Assembly: GCA_963780755.1 (NCBI GenBank)
Contig: CAWACX010000001.1
Span: forward strand, 351,278 to 415,277
Direction of reading: 5' to 3'
Source: an uncultured Acidobacteriota bacterium
GTDB taxonomy: Bacteria; Actinomycetota; Acidimicrobiia; Spongiisociales; ZC4RG35
Length of the DNA stretch: 64,000 nucleotides
Both the position numbers and the translations under genes were made by a program. Shown here piece after piece: positions 19,311 to 28,996 of this stretch. A model generated the notes under the pieces. The model did not search any database, was not told the DNA's origin, and saw only the letters and a list, made by a program, of their open reading frames with translations. Each line of letters starts with the position of its first letter. Position 1 is the first letter of the stretch.

Positions 19311-20440
19311 GCGTACGTCCCCGGGCGGCGATAGGCGCCCTTGCCGTCGACCATGGTGAAGACGACCTGAAGGTCGGCGTCGAGCACGGTCAGGTCGGCG
19401 CGGAGCCCGTCTTCGACCCGGCCCCGATCGTCGAGGCCGAGCAAGGAGGCCGGTGTCGAAGTCGCACACTGCACTGCTTCACCGAAGCTGGCATCGGTCC
19501 ACTGCGCCAGGTTGGTGACGGCCTGGATCATGGTGAGGACGCTTCCCGCGAGCCGGCCGTCCCTGGTCCGGGGCCCGGTGTCGCCGACCGTGACCTCCTG
19601 CCCACCGAGCATGTAGGTGCCCAGGCCGAGGCCCATGGCCGCCATGGCGTCGGTGACCAGGATCATGTGTTCCGCTCCCAGGCTCCGCCAGGCCAGCCGC
19701 ACCGCCGCCGGGTGGCTGTGGAGGCCATCGGCGATCAGCCCGCAAGGCCGCCCCGACTCCAGGGCTGCTCCGACGACGCCGGGCTCACGGTGTCGCATCG
19801 GGGTCATCTGGTTGTAGAGATGGGTCACCGACTTCCAATTTCCCCTGAGCGCGGCGCTCGCCGTCTCGTAGTCGGCGCCGCTGTGGCCTGCCGAGACCAC
19901 GACACCGGCGGCAGCGAGGACTGCCGCGGCCTCGGTCGCTCCTTCCAACTCGGGTGCGATGGTCACCATTCGAACCACACCAGAGGCTGCCCATGATCTG
20001 GCTGTTTCCGGGTCGGGGAGTCGAAGCAAGGCCGGGTCGTGCGCCCCGTTCCATTCCGGTGAGATCCAGGGCCCTTCGATGTGAAGCCCGAGCACGGCTG
20101 CCCCCTCGTAGCCGAGAGGAGGCCCTGCCTTCAGGACCTCGATCGCCCGGTCGACGACTTCGTAGGGGCTGGTGACGATGGTGGGCAGGAAGGAGGTGAC
20201 CCCGGTCTCGGGCAACCGGTTGCCTACCAGCCAGACCGACTCCGGGTCGGCGGTGAAGTCGTGGCCAAAGGCACCATTGACCTGGATGTCGATCAGGCCG
20301 GGAATCACGATCAGGCCTTCGACATCGATCGGGTCCGCTCCCGGTGAGGAGCGGAGGGCGAGGCCCTCCTCGGTGGTGGTGACGGCGGTCTCGACCAAAC
20401 CGTCGGAAGTGAGCACCCGGCCGCCGGTGAGCACCCTCAC
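19301..20440 (-). CDS. nagA: N-acetylglucosamine-6-phosphate deacetylase
   Basis: PGLIDIQVNG, GLHIEGPW, GAH, TIAPE, THLYNQM, IADGLH, LVTDAM, LAGS. Confidence 0.95.
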   Translation of the reverse strand: MRVLTGGRVLTSDGLVETAVTTTEEGLALRSSPGADPIDVEGLIVIPGLIDIQVNGAFGHDFTADPESVWLVGNRLPETGVTSFLPTIVTSPYEVVDRAIEVLKAGPPLGYEGAAVLGLHIEGPWISPEWNGAHDPALLRLPDPETARSWAASGVVRMVTIAPELEGATEAAAVLAAAGVVVSAGHSGADYETASAALRGNWKSVTHLYNQMTPMRHREPGVVGAALESGRPCGLIADGLHSHPAAVRLAWRSLGAEHMILVTDAMAAMGLGLGTYMLGGQEVTVGDTGPRTRDGRLAGSVLTMIQAVTNLAQWTDASFGEAVQCATSTPASLLGLDDRGRVEDGLRADLTVLDADLQVVFTMVDGKGAYRRPGTYAWA

Positions 20441-22035
20441 AGCGTCAATCCGTGGCCGAGGGGGTGGAGGCCGGGGATGGCGACCGGTAGGCGGCCGGAG
20501 CCACCCTTCCCTTCGAAGAGGAGGGCGGCCAGGGCCCGCATCGAGGGCTCGTGGCCCGAATAGGTGCAGAGATGGGTCCGGGCCTCGGGGTACGACATGA
20601 GGTCATAAGGGGCCCGCAGCGCGACCGTGACCACAGGCTTCCCGGCACCGAGCACGGCGGAAATCAGGTCGGCCTGCCCTGAGGCGGCGTTGACCGTTCC
20701 CACCACGACGAGATCGTGGCTCTCAGCCGCGGCAACAGCTCCGGCGATGTCGGGAGGGGCGGGATGGTGGGGGTAGACGATCTCGGTAACCGCGGGGTGA
20801 TGGGCCCTAAGCGACGAGGCCAGCGATGGCGGGTACAGGTCCATGGTGTCTGCCGGAGTGACCTTCGACGGCGCCGGCTCCAGGGAGAGCATCCGATCGG
20901 CGGGGCCGAGGCGAAGCGGGAGGACGGCATCGTCGTTGCGCACCAACGTCACCGACCGCTCGGCCAACTCGGTGGCGAGACTGACGTGCTCGGGCCGACC
21001 CACCATCTCTGGCTCCGACTTGGCTGTGCGCAATCCCTTTCGGAGGAGATCGACGCGGTCCCGGCTGGCGGCGAGGAGGTCGTTGGGAATCAGGTCTCTG
21101 GCATGTCCTCGCTCCACTGCCGCCCTCACCCTTGCCTGCAGGTCAGGGTCGGGCATGCACATCAAGAGGTCGACGCCTGCCCGCATCATGGCCACGACCT
21201 CGATGGCCTGGGTCGGTCCCTGGTCGACTGCGCCCATGTCGAGGGCGTCAGTGATCACCACCCCGTCGAAGCCCAGGTCACCGCGGATGAAACCTTCGAT
21301 GCCTCGATGTGAGGCGTAGATCGGAGTCTCCCTGCTTCCGGTCAGGGCTGGAACGAGGTAATGGCCGATCATCACCATCCCCACCCTGGCCTGCAACGCC
21401 GCCCGGAACGGTTGGAGCTCGACCGCGTCGAGGCGCTCTTGGTCGAAGTCCAGCGCCGGCAACTCGTAGTGAGGGTCGACTGCGATGTCGCCCTGGCCGG
21501 GGAAGTGTTTGACCGCGCTCAGCACCCCGGCATCGGTCAGGCCGCGGATCGTTGCCCCAGTGAGCCGAGCAACCACCTCCGGGTCCTCGCCGAAGCTGCG
21601 GATCCCTGTCGATGGGTTGTCGGCTCGCGTCGAGATGTCGGCGACCGGGGCGTAGTTGAGATTGATACCCACGGCCGCCGTCTCCGCGCCGATCGCCCGC
21701 GCCACGGCTTGGGCCAGGTCAGCATCGCCGGTGGCACCGATTGCCATGTTCCCGGCGAAAGGGGTGGCCCCGGTGATCCCGATGAGCTGCCCGCCCTCCT
21801 GGTCCACTGCTATCAGCAGAGGCTGATCGCCCGCGTTGAATTCCTGTAGTTGCGTGGTCAACTCGGCGGCCTGCTCGGGGGACTCCAGGTTCCACTCTCG
21901 GAAGAGGCTCACCCCGGCCGGTGGCGACTCCTGCAACCTGGATTTCAGCCAGTCAGGGACTTCGGTGCCCTCGAAGGCCAGCATCAGGTGGGGATCGGCG
22001 ACGCTCAATGTGCTGGCGATTGAACTACATGACAT
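20437..22035 (-). CDS. nagZ: GH3 beta-N-acetylhexosaminidase (start may be TTG 22008)
   Basis: AVDQEGG, APVAD, IRSFGEDP, KHFPGQGD...DPH, ITDALDM. Confidence 0.9.
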   Translation of the reverse strand: MSCSSIASTLSVADPHLMLAFEGTEVPDWLKSRLQESPPAGVSLFREWNLESPEQAAELTTQLQEFNAGDQPLLIAVDQEGGQLIGITGATPFAGNMAIGATGDADLAQAVARAIGAETAAVGINLNYAPVADISTRADNPSTGIRSFGEDPEVVARLTGATIRGLTDAGVLSAVKHFPGQGDIAVDPHYELPALDFDQERLDAVELQPFRAALQARVGMVMIGHYLVPALTGSRETPIYASHRGIEGFIRGDLGFDGVVITDALDMGAVDQGPTQAIEVVAMMRAGVDLLMCMPDPDLQARVRAAVERGHARDLIPNDLLAASRDRVDLLRKGLRTAKSEPEMVGRPEHVSLATELAERSVTLVRNDDAVLPLRLGPADRMLSLEPAPSKVTPADTMDLYPPSLASSLRAHHPAVTEIVYPHHPAPPDIAGAVAAAESHDLVVVGTVNAASGQADLISAVLGAGKPVVTVALRAPYDLMSYPEARTHLCTYSGHEPSMRALAALLFEGKGGSGRLPVAIPGLHPLGHGLTL

Positions 22036-22073
22036 CGGCCAAGGGCGAGAGCAGCACTAACTTGCCGCCCGGC

Positions 22074-23693
22074 ATGACTCGAACCCGTGAACGGCTGTGG
22101 TGGCAGGACGCAGTCTTCTATCAGATCTACCCGCTCAGCTTCGCCGACTCGAACGACGACGGATTCGGGGACCTGGACGGGATCATCGGGAGGCTGGACT
22201 ACCTGTCGGAGACCCTGGGCGTGGATGCGATATGGCTCTCTCCGTTCTTCAAGAGCCCGATGGAGGACTGGGGGTACGACGTTTCCGATCACACGGATGT
22301 CGACCCGGTGTTCGGCGATCTCGACTCGGCGCAACGCCTCATCGAGGCGATCCACGAGCGTGGGATGAGGGTGATCGTCGACTACCTGATGAACCACACC
22401 TCGAACCAACACCGATGGTTCGAAGAGTCGCGGTCCTCGCGGGACAACCCGAAGCGGGACTGGTACGTGTGGCGCGATCCCAAGGAAGACGGCTCCGAGC
22501 CCAACAACTGGGTCAGCGTCTTCAGCGGGCCGGCGTGGAGCCTCGACCCCTTGACTGGCCAGTACTACCGGCACACCTTCCTTCCCCATCAACCCGACCT
22601 CAACTGGCGGAACCCCGAGGTCAGGAAGGCGATGCTGGACGTTGCGCGGTTCTGGCTCGACCGTGGGGTGGACGGTTTCCGTGTCGATGCTGCACACCAG
22701 ATGATGAAAGATCCCCGCGAGCGGGACAACCCCCCGGCTCCCGACGAGCGGCCCCGCCCCTGGAAGGACATGGGCCAGTACGACTACTTCATCCACCTCT
22801 ACGACTTCGGGCACCCCGACGTCCACCAGGCCCATCGCGAGTTCCAGGCCGTGCTCGACGAGTACCCCCACCAGCCTTTCGCCATCGGGGAGATCCATAT
22901 CTTCGACCTCCCGGAGTGGGCTGCCTATTACGGGGAGAACCTGGACCAGATCGTGCCCTTCAACTTCCACCTGATGGTCACGCCCTGGGACGCGGCGAGC
23001 ATCCGGGCCACCGTCGAGTCGGTGCTGTGGCATGTCCCCGCGGGCGGGTGGACCAACTGGCTGCTGGGCAACCACGATGAGATCCGTATCGCCACCAGAC
23101 TGGGAAAGCTCGATGCCCGGCTCGCCGCCATGCTCCTCCTCACCCTGCGGGGAACGCCATTTCTCTACTACGGGGACGAGTTGGGCCTTCCCGAGACCCG
23201 GATCGCCCCCGAGGAGGGCCGTGACCCCTGGGGCGCCAACGTCCCGTATCTGAGTCGGGATGGGTGTCGCACCCCGATGCAGTGGGACGAGACCATCAAC
23301 GCCGGATTCTGCGCCACCGCCCCCTGGCTGCCGCTCGATCCCGAGCAGAAGGGCCTCAACGTGGCCGCCGAGGTCGAGGACCCCAACTCGATGCTCGCCC
23401 TCTACCAGCGGCTGATCGCATACCGAAAAGGATGCATCGCATTGAGGGAGGGGAGAATCTTGACGAGCCCGCTATCCAACGAAGATGTGTTCGTGTTCGA
23501 GCGCTTCACGGACGATGAGCGGGTCCTGGTCGCATTGAACATGAGCGATCAGTTGCAGTTGCTGGCCATCGAGGAGGGTCAGGTGGTGTTGTCGACCAAC
23601 CAGGCCTCGGGGCGCGCGGTGGGTCCGGAGGGCTTGTTCCTCGGCCGTCGCGAGGGCGTGATCCTGGAGGTAGCCGCTACCCCTTCCGGTTGA
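22074..23693 (+). CDS. GH13 alpha-glucosidase
   Basis: WWQDAVFYQIYP.SF.DSN.DG.GD, NHTS, QPDLNW, DGFRVDA, NHD, RDGCRTPMQW. Confidence 0.95.
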   Translation: MTRTRERLWWQDAVFYQIYPLSFADSNDDGFGDLDGIIGRLDYLSETLGVDAIWLSPFFKSPMEDWGYDVSDHTDVDPVFGDLDSAQRLIEAIHERGMRVIVDYLMNHTSNQHRWFEESRSSRDNPKRDWYVWRDPKEDGSEPNNWVSVFSGPAWSLDPLTGQYYRHTFLPHQPDLNWRNPEVRKAMLDVARFWLDRGVDGFRVDAAHQMMKDPRERDNPPAPDERPRPWKDMGQYDYFIHLYDFGHPDVHQAHREFQAVLDEYPHQPFAIGEIHIFDLPEWAAYYGENLDQIVPFNFHLMVTPWDAASIRATVESVLWHVPAGGWTNWLLGNHDEIRIATRLGKLDARLAAMLLLTLRGTPFLYYGDELGLPETRIAPEEGRDPWGANVPYLSRDGCRTPMQWDETINAGFCATAPWLPLDPEQKGLNVAAEVEDPNSMLALYQRLIAYRKGCIALREGRILTSPLSNEDVFVFERFTDDERVLVALNMSDQLQLLAIEEGQVVLSTNQASGRAVGPEGLFLGRREGVILEVAATPSG

Positions 23694-23735
23694 GACCGCT
23701 ATCTTCCCTTTCACATTTCCCCGGGAGGAGACGCC

Positions 23736-24968
23736 TTGGCTGAGATCAAGCTGGACCGAGTCGGAAAGGTGTACCCCGACGGCACCCGTGCAGTCGGTGA
23801 CCTGGATCTGACGATCGAGGACGGAGAGTTCCTCGTCCTCGTCGGACCGTCCGGATGTGGCAAAACGACGGCCCTCCGGATGATCGCCGGCCTCGAGGAG
23901 ATCACCGAGGGAACGATCACCATCGGCGACCGCGTGGTCAACGATGTTGCCCCCAAGGACAGGGACATCGCGATGGTTTTCCAGAACTATGCGCTGTATC
24001 CCCACATGTCGGTCTTCGACAACATGGCGTTCGGCCTCAAACTGAGGAAGTTCAAGAAAGAGGAGATCGAGCGGCGGGTCAAGGAAGCGGCCGACATCCT
24101 CGAGATCGGCGAATACCTGCAGCGCAAGCCGAAGGCCCTCTCGGGCGGGCAGCGGCAGAGAGTCGCCATGGGCCGCGCCATCGTCCGCGAGCCGGCAGCG
24201 TTCCTGATGGACGAGCCGCTCTCCAACCTGGACGCCAAGCTCAGGGTGCAGATGCGCGCCGAACTCGAGCGACTTCACTCCAAGCTGAGCACCACGACCG
24301 TGTACGTGACCCACGATCAGACCGAGGCCATGACCCTCGGTGACCGAGTGGCCGTTCTCCGACCGGTTTCCGCCGCCCGGCCCTTCAACCTGCAGCAGGT
24401 TGGTCCTCCAACTGAGCTCTTCGACAAGCCAGACAACCTCTTCGTCGCCGGCTTCATCGGCAGCCCGGCCATGAACCTCTCCTATGGCCACCTCGAGAAC
24501 GAGGGTGATGAGGTTTGGGCCGTGACCGCGGGAGGCTTCAGGGTCAAGGTCGATCCGCGCTCTCTGGCGTCCCACTCGGGCCTCGAGAGCAAGATGAATA
24601 AGGAGCTCGTCATCGGGATCCGCCCCAACTCGCTGGAGGCAGCCCAGGTGGCGGGCGCCGACCCGGACCGGACCATCACCGCCCAGGTCGAGGTCACGGA
24701 AATGCTGGGAGCCGAGACGTTTGTCCACTTCACAGTCAACCGCCCCCCGGTGGTGACTCCGGACATCGAAGAGCTCCTCGCCGACACCGGCCAGGACTCG
24801 ACGTCACTAGGTGACACCACCAACTTCATCGCCAGGGTCAGTCCCGACGCCCGGGTGGCCAAAGGGGACTCGATCGACCTCATCGTGGACTGCGCCAAGC
24901 TCCACTTCTTCGACCCCAAGACCGGGCTCCGAATCGGGTCCGAGCTACCGGTCCCGGTCGAGGCTTAG
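23736..24968 (+). CDS. Sugar ABC transporter ATP-binding protein (MsiK/UgpC-like)
   Basis: GPSGCGKTT, VFQNYALYPHM, LSGGQRQR, DEPLSNLDAKLR, VTHDQ, FIGSP. Confidence 0.95.
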   Translation: MAEIKLDRVGKVYPDGTRAVGDLDLTIEDGEFLVLVGPSGCGKTTALRMIAGLEEITEGTITIGDRVVNDVAPKDRDIAMVFQNYALYPHMSVFDNMAFGLKLRKFKKEEIERRVKEAADILEIGEYLQRKPKALSGGQRQRVAMGRAIVREPAAFLMDEPLSNLDAKLRVQMRAELERLHSKLSTTTVYVTHDQTEAMTLGDRVAVLRPVSAARPFNLQQVGPPTELFDKPDNLFVAGFIGSPAMNLSYGHLENEGDEVWAVTAGGFRVKVDPRSLASHSGLESKMNKELVIGIRPNSLEAAQVAGADPDRTITAQVEVTEMLGAETFVHFTVNRPPVVTPDIEELLADTGQDSTSLGDTTNFIARVSPDARVAKGDSIDLIVDCAKLHFFDPKTGLRIGSELPVPVEA

Positions 24969-24988
24969 GTCCCGAGGCGGGCTCCGGC

Positions 24989-25726
24989 GTGAGCCGGGTG
25001 TACGAGTGTGGCTGCGGGACGGCGGTCACTGGCAGCGACATCGATGACCTCGTCCCCTTCGTCCTGGAGCACTACGACCAAGAGCACCCCGAGCTGGAGC
25101 TCACACTTCCCGCGGTGCGTAACTACCTCGAGGCCGAGGACCGGCTCACCGGCCTCTCCGAGCCTCTGGAAAGCCTCGGAGAGGTCGAGATCCAACCCGT
25201 GGCTCCCGCGATCGTGGACGACATCCTCGCCTTCTTCGACCACGACGCGATGGTGGGCCGCCCGGAATGGGCGAGCTGTTATTGCATGTACTTCCTGCTC
25301 GGTGGACGATCCAACCCGGAATGGGGTGACCGGACCTGGCAGGAGAATCGCGCCGACCAGAAGGCGCGAATCGAAGCCGGGGAGACCAATGGTGTGGTCG
25401 CCTATGTCGATGGTCGGCTCGCCGGTTGGTGTCATGCCGGCGCACGGTCAGGTTTCCCGGGTCTTGCCACCGGCGACGACGAAGGTGTGGGCTCGGTCGT
25501 GTGCTTCGCCATCGCTCCTCCTTATCGAGGTCTCGGGTTGGCATCGCTGCTCCTGAGGGCGGTGACGGACCAACTCGAGCAGCAGGGCTTCACCCGGATC
25601 GAGGCGTATCCGGTGATGAATGCCGAGAACAACGACCGCGCCTTTCCCGGTCCGGTCGAGCTCTACCTCGGACATGGCTTCGACCTGGTGTCGGAGGATC
25701 CGCCCCTGGTGGTGACCACCCGATGA
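24989..25726 (+). CDS. GNAT acetyltransferase with N-terminal DUF1059-like module
   Basis: CGCG...EH..QEH N-terminus; CYCMY, VCFAIAPPYRGLGLAS, IEAYP. Confidence 0.75.
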   Translation: MSRVYECGCGTAVTGSDIDDLVPFVLEHYDQEHPELELTLPAVRNYLEAEDRLTGLSEPLESLGEVEIQPVAPAIVDDILAFFDHDAMVGRPEWASCYCMYFLLGGRSNPEWGDRTWQENRADQKARIEAGETNGVVAYVDGRLAGWCHAGARSGFPGLATGDDEGVGSVVCFAIAPPYRGLGLASLLLRAVTDQLEQQGFTRIEAYPVMNAENNDRAFPGPVELYLGHGFDLVSEDPPLVVTTR

Positions 25727-26079
25727 GCGAGCGGCTCGACGCTTGGATGGACGGGTACGTCTCCGCGTGGACTTCCAACGACCCTGCGGAGATCGCAGCC
25801 CTGTTCACTCCCGACGCGGTCTACGACCCGCAGACCGCGGTGGGGGAGTTGCACGGGACCGGTGAGATCATCGACTTCTGGCTCGAAGCCGGCGACGAAG
25901 AGGACAACTGGGACTTCGAATGGGTGCCCGTGGTCGAGACCGATGAGATCGCAATCATCACCGGTGCCACCTCCTACGTCGATCCTGCCGCCAGCTACCG
26001 CAATCTGTTCATCATCCGCTTCGCTCCCGACGGGCGCTGTCACGACTTCACGGAGTGGTACATCGAAGAGGAGCCCTGA
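25723..26079 (+). CDS. SnoaL/NTF2-like protein
   Basis: WMDGYVSAWTSNDPAEIAALFTPDAVY...YRNLFIIRF.PDGRC..FTEW. Confidence 0.85.
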   Translation: MSERLDAWMDGYVSAWTSNDPAEIAALFTPDAVYDPQTAVGELHGTGEIIDFWLEAGDEEDNWDFEWVPVVETDEIAIITGATSYVDPAASYRNLFIIRFAPDGRCHDFTEWYIEEEP

Positions 26080-26906
26080 TGACCACGGCGTTCGTCCTGG
26101 GTGGTGGGGGGCGATGGGGGGCGGTCGAGGTCGGGATGCTCAAGGCACTCGAGGAAGCGGGGATCCGTCCCGCGGTGGTCCTTGGAACCTCGATCGGGGC
26201 CTTCAACGGCTCGGTGGTCGCTGACCGACCCGGCCCCGACGGGGTGAAGCGACTGGGCGACCTCTGGTATGAGATCTCGCGGTCCGACCTGTTCTCGGGC
26301 GGGGCCTGGGAGCGGGTGAAGAACACAGCGACACTGAGGGCCGGGCTGCATGAGACGGACCGGCTGAGGAAGCTGCTGGAGATGGTCCACTCTCCGACCC
26401 GGCGCATAGAGGACCTTCAGATCCCGTTTCAGTGCGTCGCCGCGTCGATCGAGAGGGCAGCAGAGCACTGGTTCACCGAAGGCCCGCTCATCGACGCCAT
26501 CCTCGCCTCGGCTGCGGTGCCCGCCCTGTTCCCGCCCGTGGAGGTCGACGGCGAGCATTTCTACGACGGGGGCCTGGTCAACTCGGTGCCCCTCGCTCGA
26601 GCTCTGGAGCTGGGGGCAACCCGGGTCTTCGTGCTCCAGGTTGGGAGGCTGGAAGCACCACTCCGCCCGCCGAAGCGCCTCCACGAGGCCGCCCTGATCG
26701 CATTCGAGATCGCACGGCGTCACCGATACTCGACCACGGTCGAGAACCTCCCCGAGGGCATCGAATTGCATCTGCTGCCGTCGGGCAATCCGGTGGCGTT
26801 CGATGACAGTCGGCAACGGAAATGGCGCGACGTTTCCGCCACCGATGACCTCATTCAGGGCGCCTACGAGTCGTCGGCTGCCTATCTCACCGGCATCGCA
26901 AGTTGA
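26079..26906 (+). CDS. Patatin-like phospholipase
   Basis: VLGGGG, GTSIG, ASAAVP, DGG. Confidence 0.93.
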   Translation: MTTAFVLGGGGRWGAVEVGMLKALEEAGIRPAVVLGTSIGAFNGSVVADRPGPDGVKRLGDLWYEISRSDLFSGGAWERVKNTATLRAGLHETDRLRKLLEMVHSPTRRIEDLQIPFQCVAASIERAAEHWFTEGPLIDAILASAAVPALFPPVEVDGEHFYDGGLVNSVPLARALELGATRVFVLQVGRLEAPLRPPKRLHEAALIAFEIARRHRYSTTVENLPEGIELHLLPSGNPVAFDDSRQRKWRDVSATDDLIQGAYESSAAYLTGIAS

Positions 26907-27928
26907 GACTTCCTCCCCGTTGGCTGCGGAGGCTGCTCATCGACCCCGCGATCACGCTCCTGGTGGTCCTCGCCGCGGTGTCGCTCCCACTCTGGGCGAT
27001 CGCTGCCGCCTTCATCTCCAGATACGTCCCCGGGAAGTGGCGGATCCTCCGGCTCACCTGGTTTCTGTTCCTCTACCTCGCAGTGGAAGCGCTCGCTCTG
27101 ATCATCATGTTCGCCCTGTGGGTGGGGTCTGGGTTCGGTTGGAAGATGAGGTCGCCGGCGTTCCAGAGCGCCCACTACTGGCTGCTGGGATGGATCCTCC
27201 GCCTGGTCATCGGTTCGGCGAAGCGCAGCTTCAAGCTGGAAGTCGAGATCGATAGCCCGCCACCGGTCACCGCCGGCGACGCCGATCGCCGGCCGATCCT
27301 CGTCATGAGCCGGCACGCCGGGCCTGGCGACTCGATGCTGTTGATGGATGCGCTGTGCAACGGGTACCAGCGGCAGCCCCGGATCGTTCTCAAGGACTTC
27401 CTCCAGTGGGACCCCGCCGTGGATGTGATCCTCAACCGGCTTCCGGCGTCCTTCGTGCCGACGGCCAGGGGGGCAGACAAGGACCCGGTCGTGGAGGCGA
27501 TCGCCCACCTCGCCGGGACCATGGATGCCGATGACGCCTTCGTCATCTTCCCCGAGGGTGCCAACTTCACCCACAGGCGGCGGGAGCGGGCGATCCAGAA
27601 GCTGATCGAGATCGGCCGCCCCGACCTGGCGGAGCGGGCCTCAGACCTGAAGCTGACCCTTCCTCCGAAAGCGAAGGGCGTGATGACGGCGCTGTCCACT
27701 GCCCCCGCCGTTTCGGAGGCTTTCTTCGTAGGCCACGCCGGTCTGGAGTCGTTCATCACGGCGGCCGACATCTGGCGGGCGATGCCGATGGACACCACGG
27801 TCGCGGTGCGGATCTGGCACTACACCGCGGATGCGATCCCGCCGCCGGAGCAACAGGAAGCGTGGCTCTTCGACATCTGGGGCGAGATCGACGCCTGGAT
27901 CGAGGAGCGGCTCGCGGTCACCGGCTAG
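26903..27928 (+). CDS. Lysophospholipid acyltransferase (PlsC family)
   Basis: N-terminal TMs, RHAGPGD (HxxxxD), IFPEG. Confidence 0.85.
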   Translation: MRLPPRWLRRLLIDPAITLLVVLAAVSLPLWAIAAAFISRYVPGKWRILRLTWFLFLYLAVEALALIIMFALWVGSGFGWKMRSPAFQSAHYWLLGWILRLVIGSAKRSFKLEVEIDSPPPVTAGDADRRPILVMSRHAGPGDSMLLMDALCNGYQRQPRIVLKDFLQWDPAVDVILNRLPASFVPTARGADKDPVVEAIAHLAGTMDADDAFVIFPEGANFTHRRRERAIQKLIEIGRPDLAERASDLKLTLPPKAKGVMTALSTAPAVSEAFFVGHAGLESFITAADIWRAMPMDTTVAVRIWHYTADAIPPPEQQEAWLFDIWGEIDAWIEERLAVTG

Positions 27929-27930
27929 GA

Positions 27931-28936
27931 CTAGGGGGCGGTCTTCGGCTCCATGAACGGCATCATCGTTCGCAACTCCTTGCCCACCTCTTCGATCTGG
28001 TGGGCCCGGTTCTGTGCCCGCTGCTCGTGGAGGAAGGGGGCTCCCTCCCGTGCCTGGGCCATCCACTCGTGGGCGAACGCCCCGGACTGGATCTCGGCGA
28101 GCGTGTCCCGCATCGCCTGGCGGGTCTCTTCGGTGATGATCCGCTTCCCCCTGGTGTAATCGCCGTACTCGGCGGTGTCGGAGACCGAGTAGCGCATCCA
28201 GGAGAGGCCGCCTTCATAGAGGAGGTCGACGATCAGCTTCAGCTCGTGGAGGGTCTCGAAGTAGGCCGACTCCGGCTGGTAACCGGCGTCGACCAGAGTC
28301 TCGAACGACGCTTTGATCAGTTCCGAGACCCCGCCGCAGAGGATGACCTGCTCCCCGAAGAGATCGGTCTCGGTCTCCTCTTTGAAGGTGGTCTCCAGGA
28401 TCCCGGCCCTACCTCCGCCGATCGCCGAACCGTAGGAGAGGGCTAGGTCGTGGGCGGTGCCCGATGGGTCCTGATGGACGGCGATCAGGCAGGGCACACC
28501 CGACCCCTGCTCGTAGGTGCGTCGCACCAGGTGTCCCGGCCCTTTGGGGGCGATCATGGAGACATCGACACCATCGGGGGGGACGATCTCACCGAAGTGG
28601 ATGTTGAAGCCGTGGGCGAACATCAGGGTGTCGCCCGGGTCCAGGTTCGGGGCGATCGACTCCTTGTAGATGTCAGCCGCCACCTGGTCCGGGACCAGCA
28701 TCATGACCACGTCGGCCCACTTCGCCGCCTCAGCCGGGTCGAGCACCCGGAGTCCTGCAGCCTCTGCCTGGGCCACCCGATCCGAGCCCGACCGGAGGCC
28801 GACGACGACCTCGACGCCCGACTCCTTCAGATTGAGCGCATGGGCATGGCCCTGGCTCCCGTAGCCGATGACCGCGACCTTCTTCGATCGGATCAGGTCG
28901 GGGTTCGCGTCGAGAGTCGTAGTAGATGGTGGCCAT
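27931..28936 (-). CDS. ilvC: Ketol-acid reductoisomerase; +1 frameshift near 28912
   Basis: MATIYYD then shifted frame [44 protein letters not shown]. Confidence 0.95.
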
Positions 28937-28996
28937 TCGCGAATTGTGGTCGGTTTGATGCCACCGCCAAACCCGACCCCGTAGGATCTCGACCCA

